Source: a bacterium
GTDB taxonomy: Bacteria; Myxococcota_A; Bradymonadia; UBA7976; UBA1532
DNA: 56,411 bases
Assembly: GCA_041389985.1 (NCBI GenBank)
Contig: JAWKQS010000026.1
Coordinates: 1-56,411 of the forward strand
Direction: 5' to 3'
Numbering within the stretch: the stretch's first letter is position 1; every line of letters starts with the position of its first letter. Below are positions 41,618 through 53,056 of the stretch, one piece after another. The notes beneath the pieces were generated by a model. That model had not been told where the DNA came from. It did not search any database and worked only from the letters and a program-made list of their open reading frames with translations. The translations under genes and the position numbers were made by a program.

Positions 41618-43050
41618 GCCCACGCCTGGCCCTGCTGATCGGCCTCGCCCTCCTGGGCGGGTGCGCCACCACCGGCGGCATCCCCGCCGACCGGGAGGAG
41701 GCGTTCACCTATGCCGTCGCGCGGCTCCAGGCGGGCGACCACGCCCGGTCGGCCGCCGCAGCCTGGGAGTACATCCGAGGCGCGGGGCCCGACGATCCGC
41801 GCCATGACCGGGCCCTGCGCATCCTGGCCCTCGACGCCCGCGCCCTCGGCCTGACCCACGCCGCCGCCCTCTGGTACCTCGAGATCGCCGAGAGCCGGCG
41901 CGATCCCACGCTCCTGCCCGACGCCGTGCGGGGGCTCCAGCAGGTCATCGAGGGGGGACCCCACGACGAAGAGACGCTCGTCCAGGGCTTCCTCGCGACG
42001 AGCGAGCTGGCCGGATTGCCCCATGATCTCCAGGCCTTCGTCGACTACCAGCGCGGCCTGCGCGACGCCCGCCAGCGGCTGGATGCCTGGGCCGATGACC
42101 GGCTCGCCGCCATCGATCCCCGCACGCCCCACGCCCAGCGGGCCCGGTGGCTCCAGGCGGTCCGGCAGGTGGCGCGGCGTGATCTGGAGGGCGGACGGGC
42201 GGCGCTGGAGGCGCTGCTGCAGCCTCCGGCGGCCGGCGCCCTGCCCCTGCCGGCCGATCTGGAGGCCGACGTCCGCCGTGCGCTGGCGCGCCTCGCCATG
42301 GAGGCGGGCGATCACGCGGCGGCCCTGGCCCAGTACGAGGTCCTGCGGCAGCAAGTACCCGATGATCCAGAGCTTTTGCTGGAGATGGCGTGGGCGGAGT
42401 TCTACCGGGGGGACTCACGCCGCACCCTCGGCCTGCTGCTCGCGCTCGACGCGCCCGTCTACCAGGCGCTCATCGCGCCCGACCGGTTCTTGCTGGAGGC
42501 CATGGCGCTGCGGCGGCTCTGCCAGTTCGGCCCGGCCCGCCAGGCCGCGGTGCGGCTGCGTGCCCGGCACGGTGAGGCGCTGGACGCCCTGCACGGCGGC
42601 ATCCCCCCCGCGGCCTCGCCGGCGGTCCGGGGCGCCGCGCGCCTGCGGCCTCGCGGCGCTCCCCTCGCCGACTTCACGGCGCTGCTGGAGCGGGAGTCGG
42701 CGCAGGTCGACGATCTGGAGGGCGGGCTGGGCGACGCGCTGGCCGAGCGGCTCCGGGGCCTCTACGCGGACGGCCTGGCGGACGCCCGGCGCCGGCTCGA
42801 GGCCGCCCTGACGACGGAGGCGGACGTGGTGGCGGCCGAGCTCCTGGGCGCCGAAGAGAACGTCGATCTCATCCTGCATGAGCTGGGAGTGGCCCTGCTG
42901 CGTGGGCGCCTGCGCCCCGCCGGGCCGGCCGAGCCCGCCACGCCCGATGCCGAAGGGGGCGATGTGCGCTTCGGGTTCACGGGCGAGTTCTGGACGGACG
43001 AGCTGGACGACCTCGTGGTGGTGGCGGAGGACCGATGCATCGCGCCCTGA
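41614..43050 (+). CDS. Alpha-helical (TPR-like) lipoprotein of about 478 aa. The TTG start overlaps the outer-membrane protein stop (TTGA).
   Basis: (M)SPRLALLIGLALLGGCATTGG lipobox. Helical repeats. Confidence 0.6.
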   Translation: MSPRLALLIGLALLGGCATTGGIPADREEAFTYAVARLQAGDHARSAAAAWEYIRGAGPDDPRHDRALRILALDARALGLTHAAALWYLEIAESRRDPTLLPDAVRGLQQVIEGGPHDEETLVQGFLATSELAGLPHDLQAFVDYQRGLRDARQRLDAWADDRLAAIDPRTPHAQRARWLQAVRQVARRDLEGGRAALEALLQPPAAGALPLPADLEADVRRALARLAMEAGDHAAALAQYEVLRQQVPDDPELLLEMAWAEFYRGDSRRTLGLLLALDAPVYQALIAPDRFLLEAMALRRLCQFGPARQAAVRLRARHGEALDALHGGIPPAASPAVRGAARLRPRGAPLADFTALLERESAQVDDLEGGLGDALAERLRGLYADGLADARRRLEAALTTEADVVAAELLGAEENVDLILHELGVALLRGRLRPAGPAEPATPDAEGGDVRFGFTGEFWTDELDDLVVVAEDRCIAP

Positions 43051-46000
43051 CCACCCGCGTGCTGGTGCTGGCCGGCCTGCTCGCCGGCTGCGGCGCCACC
43101 CCCCCGCCCGTGAAGGACGCCTCGCGGGTCGAGCGCCTGCGGGTGCAGATCACCAAGGCGCGCAACGCCATCGCCGAGACGAATGGCGCGCTGGCGCGGG
43201 CCCGCGGGACGCCCTACGTCACCGAGCTCGAGGTGCGGCTCGCCGAGCTGCTCAGCGAGGAGGCCCGCTACCACTACCAGGTCGCCCAGGAGCGCGAGAG
43301 CCGCGCGGGGGGCCGCAGCGAGCGCAGCATGCACGTCCCCCAGGTGCGGCTGCTCAAGGAGCGCGCCATCGAGCTGTACGAGCAGGTGCTCACCCGGGAG
43401 ACGCCCCTGGCGCCCCGCGTCCTGTTCAACGTGGCCCAGGAGCACCGGGAGCTGGGCGACTACGACGCCATGCACGCCGCCCTGCGCCGACTCGTCGCCG
43501 AGCACCCCCAGCACCCGCTGGCCGCCGAAGCCCTGCTGATCATGGGCGATGACGCCTTCGACCGCGGTGATCTGGCCGCGGCCGCCCAGGCGTGGGTGCC
43601 CATCACCCAGGGCCCCCCCACTCGGGCCACGGGCCTCGCCTGGTACAAGCTGGGCTGGGTGCGGGTGAACCAGGGGGACTGCAAGCGGGCTCTGGAGAGC
43701 TTCACCCGCGCCATCGGGGCCGCCGACGCGGGCCCCGCCGCGGTGGACGCCATCGGGCCGCAGTCGGATGTGGACGTCCGCCGCGAGGCGCTGGTGGATC
43801 TGACGTGGTGCCTCAGCCGCGAGGTGCCACCCGACCAGGCGGTGCCGTTCGTGCAGAAGCTCGCAGCGGATCGGGGCGCCTACGTGGCCGCCCTGGCCCG
43901 GCTGGCCGACCGCTTCAGCCTCATGGATCAGGCGGTGGGCGCCATCGCCGTCAGTCGCGAGCTGCTGGCCCTGGGGCCCGACGGCCAGGCCCGGCTCGAG
44001 GACGCGCGCATGCTGCACGCCGCGCTGCGCAAGACGGAGGCGTACGACCACATCGGCGACGACGTGCGCCTGATCGTCCAGGCCGTGCTCCGCCACGTGC
44101 GGCGCCCCGACGTGGGCGCCGAGGCCCGCGCCCGCCTGCTGGAAGAGTTCGAGAAGTACGGGCGCGACCTCGGCACCCGGGCCCAGGCGCGCATGCAGAA
44201 GCCCGGCGCCCCGGCGCGGCCGGGCCTGGCGCCGCCCGAGCAGGTCGCCGCGGCCTACACCGCGTGGCTGGAGGCCTTCCCCGAGGACGTGAACCGGCTG
44301 GCCGTGCTCCAGAACCTGGCGACGGTCCTCGCAGACGCCGGGGACGCCTTCGGCAGCGCCCGCCGCTCGCTGGAGGCCGGCCTGGCCCTCGCGCCCGGCG
44401 CCGAGCGCACCCGCGCCCTCTACGATGCCGTCGTCCAGTACCAGAAGGCCCTTGGGCCCGACACGCGCCGCACCCCCCTCGAGCGCGTCCTGGGCCGCGC
44501 CGGCCTGCGGCGGGCCGCCGGCGAGCTGCTGACCGGGACGCTCCCCGCCGACCAGGCCCGCCGGGTCAAGTTCGCCATCGGCGAGACCGACTACGACGAG
44601 GGCCGCCTCCAGGCCGCCATCGATCGGCTCACCGCCGTCGCCTTCGAGCACCCCGGCACCCCCGAGGGGGACGCCGCGGTGCGGCTGGTGCTTGACGCCC
44701 ACAAACGGCGCGACGACTGGCTGGGCCTGATCGCGAGCGGCCGCCGGTTCATCGCGGCGGACAGCCCGGTGGCAGCCGCCCTCAAGACCGAGCTCTCCCC
44801 GCTCGTGGCGGCCGCCGAGCAGCGCCAGCTCGATGATCTCTCCCTCGCGGCCGCGGGGGTGGACGGCGCGGACGTGGCGGCCGAGCTGCAGAAGTTCGCC
44901 GAGCGCTACCAGGGCACCTCTCTCGGCGAGCGCGCCCTGCTCAACGCCTTCGTCGCAGCGCGGGCCGACGGCGACACCGCCGCGCTCTACCGGATGACGG
45001 ACGAGATCCGGACCCGCTACCCCCAGTCCACCCAGCTCCCCGGGGTGCTGGCGACGGCGGCGCGCACGGCTGCCGCCCGCTTCGAGGTCGAGCGCGCCGT
45101 GCCCTGGTTCCAGCAGGCCGCCGCCGCCGATCCCGAGCGCCAGGCCACCCTGCGCCTGGCGGAGGGGCGCCTGCGCGCGGCCATGGCCGACGGCGCGGGC
45201 GCGGCCGACGCCTTCCGCCAGGGCCTCGCCTCCGCGAAGGAAGGGCCGGCGCGGGCCCAGCTCGCCGCCGCTCTCGCCGAGCAGCTCGAGGCCACCGTCC
45301 CGCCAGTGGCGGTCATCCAGCAGCTCGAGCCCCTGGCCACCACCGGCGATGCGGAGGTCCTGGCCCGGCTGGGGCTGGCCCAGGTGCGGGCCGGCCGCGG
45401 GGACGTGGGCGAGGCCACCCTGCAGAAGGTCCTCAACCTGGGGCGGCCGCCTCGGACGGGGCGCGCGCGCGGGCCTGGTATGGCCAGGCCGAGGCGCTGG
45501 CCGCGACCCTCGCCAGCTACCAGCCCCAGGGTGACATGGAGTCGATCACCGAGCTGGTGACGCTCATCGAGGTCACCGAGCAGGCCTACCTGAAGGCCGC
45601 CCGGCAGGTGGATCCGGTCTTCACGGCCGCTGCGCTGGGCCGGCTCGCCCACCTCTCGCAGGACGCCGCACGCCGCCTGGCCGCCCTGCCCCCCGCGCTC
45701 ACGAGCTCGGCGGGCATCCAGGAGGCGATGGGCAAGCGTGTGAAACAACTGGAGAAATCGGCACAGGATGCCCTGGCCGCCTGTGCTGAGCTGGCCTGGA
45801 CGCGCCAGGTCTTCAACGCCGCGACGCGGGCGTGTCTGCTGGGGCAGGCGCCGGCCCGGGATCCCGTCGGGACGGACGCGCTCTCGCCGCGGACCCCGGC
45901 CCCCAACGCCCCCGGCCTCGACGAGCCGCGGGCCCGGCTGGCCCGGGACCCCGAGGATGTAGAGGCCCTGCGGGCGCTGGGCGAGATCCTGCTGGACGCC

Positions 46001-46839
46001 GGCGACGCCCACGTCGCGCGCCTGGCCTTCGCCCGCGCCAGCCAGGTGGGGGGCGGGCCCGTCGAGGCCAACCTGCTGGGCCTGGCCAGCCACCGGGCCG
46101 GCGACAAGACCGGCGCCCTGGAGGCCTTCGCCCGGGCCGCCGCCGGGGGCCTGGAGGCCGGGCGGCAGAACCTGGCCGCCACCCTGCGCGAGCCGGCCTG
46201 GCGGCGGCCGCCGACGCCGCCCTCGCCCGCCGGCCGGCGGGCCGCGAGGGCGGGCGCCTGCTGGGAGGTCGCGATGAGGGCTCGCCGCGCTCCTGCGTCC
46301 GGGGATGCTGGCCGGGTGCGGCGGCCCCCGCGTCCAGCCCCTCTCCGTGGGCGATCCTCGCCTCCGGCCGACGCGCGGCGCTGGATCGCCGACGCCGAGG
46401 ACGCGGTGGTGGCGGCCCGCGCCCGGGCCAGCGACGCCGCCGTGCAGCAGCGCGACGCCCGCCGGTACCTCGATCGCGTCGAGGCCGCGGCGGCGACGCT
46501 GGGCGCGGTCGCCGAGCCCTGCGGCGGCTCGCCGAGGCCCGGCGGGATCACGCCGACTCGGAGCTGGGGGTGGCCCAGGCCGAGCTGGGCCTGGCCGACG
46601 CCCGCCGCGAGGAGGCCATGGCCGAGACGGCCATGCGGCACGACGTCGCCGTCTACGATCTGGCCCCCATCGCCGCCGACGTCGAGGGCTGGCGGACGCG
46701 CACGGCGGCGGCCCGCGACGCCCGCCAGCAGCAGCGCGACGCGCTCGAGGCCGCCACCCAGGCGTGGTGGCAGGCGTGGCGCCAGTACGCCGCCAGCGGC
46801 GGCGACACCCGCGTCCTGTGGCGGGATCTGACCCCGTGA
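43035..46839 (+). CDS. Large TPR-repeat lipoprotein (about 1260 aa). There are frameshifts near 45450 (g-run) and about 46540. An independent small gene starting near 46270 cannot be excluded.
   Basis: MHRALTTRVLVLAGLLAGCGATPPP.... ORF 43035..45560 continues as 45536..46831 (...WYGQAEALAATLASYQPQGDMESITELV...), then the 45832 frame, ending ...DTRVLWRDLTP*. Confidence 0.5.
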
Positions 46840-46840
46840 C

Positions 46841-47396
46841 GTCCCGCCCCTGGCCGCTGGTGGTCGTCGCCCTCGCGGCCTGCGATCCCCGCCGACACCT
46901 GCGGCCAGGACGGCCTGGCGGTCCTCCCGGATGCCGTGCAGTTCGGCGACGTCCGCCCCGCGCGGCCGACGACCGGCGATCCCACCGCGGCCGACCAGGT
47001 CCCCGCCGCCGCGTCGTGCTGCTGCGCAACACCTGCGCCGCCACGCTCACCCTCAGCGAGATCTGCCTCATCGAGGACGCCCGCAACGGCGACGCCAGCT
47101 CCCCGCGTTCTTCCTGGAGCAGCCCGAGCGCACCCAGCTCGCCGCCGGCGACACCGCCGCCGTGCGCATCACCTACGACCACCTGGACGCCAACACCGAT
47201 CGCGACCTCGATGGCGAAGGCGCGATCCCGACCGCGCCATCCTGGTCATCCAGTCCACCGCCGCGGGCACCCCACCCGGGTCATCCCGGTCTGCGGCCGC
47301 ATCGTCCCGGCCGGCGAGGAGGCCGCCCCGACGGACTGCCCCGCGCCCTTCACCATCCCGGCTGGCGAAGCCATCGCCGACCTCTGCACCCGATGA
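46841..47396 (+). CDS. Small lipoprotein, DUF1573 / PapD-like beta-sandwich by pattern. It is heavily frameshifted.
   Basis: (M)TSRPWPLVVVALAAC... The blocks VQFGDVRP..., VLLRNTCAATLTLSEICLIEDARNGDAS, AAVRITYDHLDANTDRDLDGEGAIP and VIPVCGRIVPAGEEAAP are each readable in different frames. Confidence 0.3.
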
Positions 47397-47830
47397 GGTG
47401 GCTGGCGCTGCTCGGCCTGCTCGGCCCGCTCGCCGCCTGCGCCAGCGCCGAGGAGGAGTTCACCCAGGGCCGCCTGGAGGCTCTGTGCGACGGCGCCATC
47501 CCCATCTGCCGCCTGCGGGCCGGGTGCGTCCTCGGCGACGACACCTTCGCCCGCGGCCGCTTCCCCGGCGCCCAGCAGGTCATCGTGCGCTCCCCCGTGG
47601 ACGCCGCCGAGCTCCAGGTCCGGCTCCTGCTCACCGATCTCGTTCACCCGGGCACCGAGCTGCTGGTCCAGGTCCATGGCCTCGGCTTGCGGCACCCTGG
47701 AGCAGGCCCAGCTGGTGGACGTCGTATTCCGCCTGGCCGGCGACGACGGCATCCTCGAGTTCACGCTGCCTCTGACCGAGCGCGGCGACCACCTGCTCAG
47801 AGATCTACGCCGACGAGCGCAGCCTACGTC
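47394..47830 (+). CDS. Small lipoprotein (MRWLALLGLLGPLAAC) with a frameshift near 47690. A lower-GC intergenic stretch follows it.
   Basis: ORFs 46931..47842 and 47676..47993 join at ...VHGL|ACGTLEQAQLVDVVFRLAGDDGILEF.... Confidence 0.3.
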
Positions 47831-47932
47831 GTCACCGCATAGGTCCGGTTCGAGTAGGCCGGAAAACTGGCCCAGAAAACCGCCTGATTTCATGGACTTG
47901 ACCCTGCCGTCGTGCGCTGGCGCCGTCCGTGC

Positions 47933-49840
47933 ATGGAGACCCCGCTGGAACCCCTTCGGCTTTCGGTCGGGGCCTGCTACAACAGGGGGGTGAGCCAGGA
48001 ACGCCCCATCTCCGACGCCGAGCTCGACGCCCTCGACGAGAGCCTCTCTCCGGGCCCGGTCTCCCCCGATCTGCGGGTGGCGCAGCTCGAGGCCGCCCTC
48101 GGCCAGCAGGAGGCCCGCCTCGCCGGCATGCTGCGCATCGCCGGCAACCTGGGCCAGAGCCGCGATCCGAAGAAGGCCATGAAGGCCATGGTGGTCGACA
48201 TCAGCCAGCTCCTGCGGGCGGATCGCACCACCATCTACGAGGTCCGGGCCGACGAGGGGATGCTGCGGGGCCTCGCCGTCGAGGGCGAGGTGAGCCTGGA
48301 GGTGGGGGTGCCCGTCGGCACCGGGATCGCGGGCCTGGTGGCCGAGCGCGGGCGGGTCATCAACCTGAAGGATGCCTACCTGCACCCCGCCTTCGATCCC
48401 AAGTTCGACAAGCTCACCGGGTACCGCACGCGCTCGATGCTGGTGGTGCCCATGCGCAACTCGCGGCGCGAGATCATCGGCGTCGTGCAGGTGCTCAACA
48501 AGTGCGATGGCTACTTCACGGTCGATGATCAGGCGCTGCTGACGGCCCTGGCCGCCCAGGCCGCCATCACCCTGGAGGCCCTGCGGCTGCAGCTCGCCTT
48601 GAACCTCTCCAACACCGAGCTCTCGGAGCTGTCGCGCCAGCTCCGCCAGAAGGTCCGCGAGCTGGAGCTGCTGTACCAGAACGAGCAGGCCATCGCCGAC
48701 GCCGCCGACGAGGCCGATCTGGCGGAGCAGATCCTGAAGCTGGCCTGCCGGGTGGGGCGCAGCGAGGTGGCCGCGCTGTACCTGGCCGACGCCGAGGCGG
48801 GCAGCGGCCCCGCGTGGGTGCGCATGGCCGGTGCCGGGCCGACGGCGCACATCCCGCGTATCGAGATCGGCGAGGGCATCGTGGGGAAGGTGGCCAGCCG
48901 CGGCGAGGTGCTGGTCCTGACGGGCGGTGCCTTCGAGAAGCACGCCATCCCCCACGAGCTCGGCGGTGGGTACCCGCTCGAGGTCGACGACGCCGTCGCG
49001 GTGCCGCTGCTCGACGGCGACGTCACGATGGGGACGTTCGCGCTCATCAACCGCAAGGATCCCGCCCGCCGGGTGGACGCCGAGGATCGCCAGCTCGCGG
49101 TGCTGGTGGCCGGGCAGGTCGCGCGGGCCGTGGCCCGGCTGCGCTCCCGCAACGACGCCCAGCGCAAGGACCGCATGATGACCATCGGCCAGATGATGAG
49201 CGGCGTGCTGCGACCTGCGCGGGCCGATGTCCGTCATCAGCGGCTACAGCCAGCTCATGGCCGGCGAGGAAGACGCCCAGCAGCGCGCGGAGATGTCGGC
49301 GGCCATCCGGCGCAAGATCGAGCTCTTCAACGACATGACCCGCGAGGTGATGGCCTTCGCCCGTGGCGAGCGGCACGTGCTGTGCCGGAAGGTCTACATC
49401 GAGCAGTTCGTGCGGGCGGTGCGCGAGTCGGTGGAGCCCGAGTTCGCGGAGCGCGGGTGGCCTTCGAGTGGGAGGTCCACTCGGCCCGCGGTCTCTCCTT
49501 CTTCGACGAGAGCAAGATGCTGCGGGTGGTCACCAACATCGCCCGCAACGCCCGCCAGGCCATGGGGACGACCGGGTCGTTCCGCTGGATCATCGAGACA
49601 CGCCCGAGGGCGGCACCCGCATGCGCATGCGAGACACCGGCCCCGGCATCCCCGAGAGCATCCGCGCCCGCCTCTTCGAGGCGTTCACGACCGTCGGGAA
49701 GCAGGAAGGCACCGGCCTGGGCCTCGCCATCGTGCGCCGCATCGTCGAGGACCACGGAGGGACCATCACGTTCACCACCGAGACGGGCAAGGGCACCGAG
49801 TTCGTGATCACCCTGCCCCCCGCCGGCGGAGCAGGCCTCG
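47933..49840 (+). CDS. Cytoplasmic sensor histidine kinase with two GAF domains, a HisKA and a HATPase_c domain. There are at least 4 frameshifts (near 49210, 49455, 49575 and a C6 run near 49830).
   Basis: GAF-like blocks in ORF 47912..49807. The H-box ...LRGPMSVISGYSQLM... is in ORF 49227 and the G2 box GTGLGLAIVRRIVEDHGGTITF is in ORF 49363. With one C removed from the C6 run the gene ends ...ITLPPPAEQAS* in a GTGA overlap with the next start. Confidence 0.6.
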
Positions 49841-50733
49841 TGAAGCACCTGAGTTCATTGAGTTTTCTGGCGGCGATCGTGGCGACGGGCTGCCGGGAGA
49901 CGCCGGCGCCCGCCCAGCCCGCCGCGCCGCGGTCGGCGGCTGCTGCGTCCGCGCCTGCCTCCGCCGCCGCGACGGACGCCGCGCCCGCGACGGACGCCCC
50001 GGCCGCGCTCCCACCCGGCAACGAGGCCCAGGAGGCCGCGCTGGAGGCCGGCCGCGCCGCCCTGCGGAGGGTCGGGATGACGAAGCGCTCCGCCAGTTCA
50101 AGGCGGGCGCCGAGGGCCCGGTGACCGGCGCGGCCGTCTCGGCGGCGCTCGCGGCCGCCGCGATGCTGGAAGAGCAGAAGCGGCTGGACGAGGCCGAGGT
50201 CCTCTACCGCGGGCTGCAGGATCGGGCCGGCCATGTGGCCGAGGTGCAGTTCGTCGTCGCGCGCTTCCTGGCCGGGCGCGAAGCCCCAGGAGGCCATCGC
50301 CGCCTTCCGGGAGGCGATCCGGCTCCAGCCCGACTTCCTGCCCGCCTATCCGCTCCTCAGCGCGCTCCTCGTGTCGGCGGGCCAGCGGGACGTGGCGGCC
50401 GAGCTGCTGGTCGACTACGAGCGGCGCCTGGCGGCCCGCATCCGACGCGTCCAGACCGAGACCGCCAGCGACGCAGAGCGCCTGGCCATCGTGGATCTGC
50501 TGGCCGTGCTGGTGGACGAGCGCGCCGAGGAGACGCTGCGGGGGTTGCTGGGCGCCGAGTCCCCTCGGTGCGGATGGCGGCGGCGGGCGCCGTGGCCGAT
50601 CAGGACGAGCCCGCGGCCCTCGTGGCCCTGGCCGGAGGCGCTGGGCCGGGAGAAGGACTACACCGCCCAGCAGGTCATCCGCGCCGCCTTGAAGCGGGCC
50701 CGGGATCGGGCCGCGGGCAGCCTGCAGCCCTGA
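49838..50733 (+). CDS. TPR-like lipoprotein (MKHLSSLSFLAAIVATGC from GTG) with about 3 frameshifts.
   Basis: The signal-peptide codons are locally AT-richer. Helical repeats ...AIAAFREAIRLQPDFLPAYPLL.... End ...RARDRAAGSLQP* at 50733. Confidence 0.4.
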
Positions 50734-50740
50734 GCGGGCG

Positions 50741-52876
50741 TCAGCCGCCCTTCGTGGGCACCGGGAGCCGGGGCAGGCGCTCCTCCAGATCCAGCTCCAC
50801 GCGGCGGCGCCGCAGCTCCACCGAGACCACCCGCACGCGCAGCCGATCGCCGATGGTGTAGCGGTTGCCGGTGCGTCGCCCCAGCAGGCAGAAGCCGTCG
50901 TCGTCGAGGCTGTAGAAGTCGTCGTCGAGGGCATCCACCGGCACGAACCCCTCCACCAGGTGCGGCTGGAGCTGTACGAAGACGCCCATGCCCGTCACCC
51001 CCACGATGACGCCCTCGAAGGACTCCCCGATGTGCTGGCGCAGATAGAGCGCCTTGTACAGATCGAGGACCGTTCGCTCCGCGTCCACCGCGACGCGCTC
51101 CCGCCGGCTGCACTGGTCGGCCACCTCGCCCAGGTGGCGGGTCGTCGGAAGCTGCTCGCGCCGGAGGATGCCCTTCAGCAGCCGGTGCACCACCAGATCG
51201 GGGTAGCGCCGGATGGGGCTGGTGAAGTGCAGGTACGCGGGCGCCCCCAGGCCGAAGTGCGGGGCGACCTCCTCGTCGTAGACCGCCTTCGCCATCGAGC
51301 GCAGCACCAGGAGCCCCAGCAGGCCGAAGAGCGGGTGCTCGGCGAGATCCGCGAGCCACCGGGACAGGCCATCGGCCGTCGGCCGGCCCAGGCCCTTGAT
51401 GGACACATCCAGCAAGGTGGCCTGCGCCCGCAGGCGCGCGAGGCCGTCCACCGGCGGGTTGCCGTGGATGCGGAAGATGGACGCCTGGTGGCGCCGCACG
51501 AAGAGCTCCGCCGTGGCCTCGTTGGCCACCAGCATGGCGTCTTCGATCATCTGGTGGGCCTCGTGGCGATCCGAGGCGCGCACATCATCGATGCCTCCAT
51601 CCGTCGCGAAGAACACACGCGGCTCGGGCAAGGCCATGTCCAGGTAGCCGCGCTTGCGGCGGCGGCGGCGGCGCACCCGCGTCGCGTCCCGCAGGGCCTC
51701 CAGCACCGGGCGCAGCGCCTCGAAGTCCGGGCTGTCGTCGGCCGCGGGCGGCGCCCCCATCATGCCGAGCATCCGCGCCGCCCGGTCATAGGTGAACCGG
51801 GCATGGCTCCGAATGATCGCCTCGGCGAACTCGGCGTCCTCGATCTCGCCCTCGGGGGTGATGGTGCACTCCACCACCATGGCGAGCCGGTCTTCCTCCG
51901 GCCGCAAGCTGCAGAGATCACTGGACAATCGATGCGGCAACATCGGGATGACGCGGTCGGGCAGGTAGACGGAGAAGCCGCGGGCGCTCGCCTCCTGGTC
52001 CAGGGGGCCATCGGCCTGGACGTACCAGGACACATCGGCGATGGCCACGGTGAGGCGCCAGCCCCCGACGGCAGCGGCTCGACATGCACCGCGTCGTCGA
52101 AGTCGCGGGCGCTCTCGGGATCGACGGTGATCAGGGGGCGGCCGCGCAGATCGAGTCGGCGCGCGATCTCCTCCTCGAGGGATGCGATCGGGCAGCGAGG
52201 CCGCCTCGGCCTCGGCGGCGGACGGGAAGCGCAGCCGGAGGCCCAGGTCATGGACCACCAGGTCGGTCTCCTGGCTCGCCACGTCATCCCCGCTGAAGAC
52301 GCGGATGACCCGGCACGCGGCCCCGTGGGGGTGATCGGGGTAGCGGGTGAACTCCGCCGCGACCAGATCGCCATCCTGGGCGTTGCCGGGCTTCTCGACG
52401 ATGACGTGCTCGGGCAGGCGGGTGTCCTGCGGGTGGACGATGCGCGCGCGAGCCGCCTCGCGGTAGGTGCCGACGAAGGTGGCGGTGCCGCGCTCGAGGA
52501 CGTCGACGATGATCCCCTCGGTGCGCCCGCGGTTGCCCTCCCGGGTCTCCACGACCACCCGATCGCGGTGCAGCGCGTCGCCGAGGTTGCGGCTGTCGAT
52601 GTAGAGGTCCTCGCCCTCCCCCTCCAGGTTCACGAACCCGAAGCCGCGGTGGGTCATGATCAGCGTGCCCGTCCGGCGGGCCTCGGCGTCGATGCGGCCG
52701 TACCGGTTGCCACGAAAGCGACCAAGGCGGCCCTCCTCGACGAGGGCGTGGAGCCTCAGGCGAAACGCCGCCCGCTCGGTGCGATCGACGCCCAGGGCGC
52801 GCGCGAGGTCCCGGAGCGCGGCGGTGCGCGGGGTGGGCGGCAGGCTGCCCAGGATGTCTTCGTCAGGCGGGAGCAC
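50741..52876 (-). CDS. RNase R / RNase II family 3'-5' exoribonuclease (cold-shock OB domains, RNB domain and S1 domain). Two compensating frameshifts lie near 52100-52200.
   Basis: ORF 50741..52876 with RNB-domain blocks. The segment ...EEEIARRLDLRGRPLITVDPESARDFDDAVHVEPL... is readable only in ORF 51760..52374. S1-like C-terminus. Confidence 0.75.
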   Translation of the reverse strand: MLPPDEDILGSLPPTPRTAALRDLARALGVDRTERAAFRLRLHALVEEGRLGRFRGNRYGRIDAEARRTGTLIMTHRGFGFVNLEGEGEDLYIDSRNLGDALHRDRVVVETREGNRGRTEGIIVDVLERGTATFVGTYREAARARIVHPQDTRLPEHVIVEKPGNAQDGDLVAAEFTRYPDHPHGAACRVIRVFSGDDVASQETDLVVHDLGLRLRFPSAAEAEAASLPDRIPRGGDRAPTRSARPPPDHRRSRERPRLRRRGACRAAAVGGWRLTVAIADVSWYVQADGPLDQEASARGFSVYLPDRVIPMLPHRLSSDLCSLRPEEDRLAMVVECTITPEGEIEDAEFAEAIIRSHARFTYDRAARMLGMMGAPPAADDSPDFEALRPVLEALRDATRVRRRRRRKRGYLDMALPEPRVFFATDGGIDDVRASDRHEAHQMIEDAMLVANEATAELFVRRHQASIFRIHGNPPVDGLARLRAQATLLDVSIKGLGRPTADGLSRWLADLAEHPLFGLLGLLVLRSMAKAVYDEEVAPHFGLGAPAYLHFTSPIRRYPDLVVHRLLKGILRREQLPTTRHLGEVADQCSRRERVAVDAERTVLDLYKALYLRQHIGESFEGVIVGVTGMGVFVQLQPHLVEGFVPVDALDDDFYSLDDDGFCLLGRRTGNRYTIGDRLRVRVVSVELRRRRVELDLEERLPRLPVPTKGG

Positions 52877-53056
52877 GGCACCTCCAGGGGGGCAAGGTGC
52901 GGAGTGTAGGGGCCCACCCCGTCGCGCTCACGGGGCGCCGGTGGCCGACCCTCTTCCCGCCCCGTCGGATCAACCGCGTTGGACTTGAGAGGATGGGTTT
53001 CGGTGGGGGGCCGGGCCATGTATCCTCCGAGCATCCACCCGACGACGCCCCGTGGG

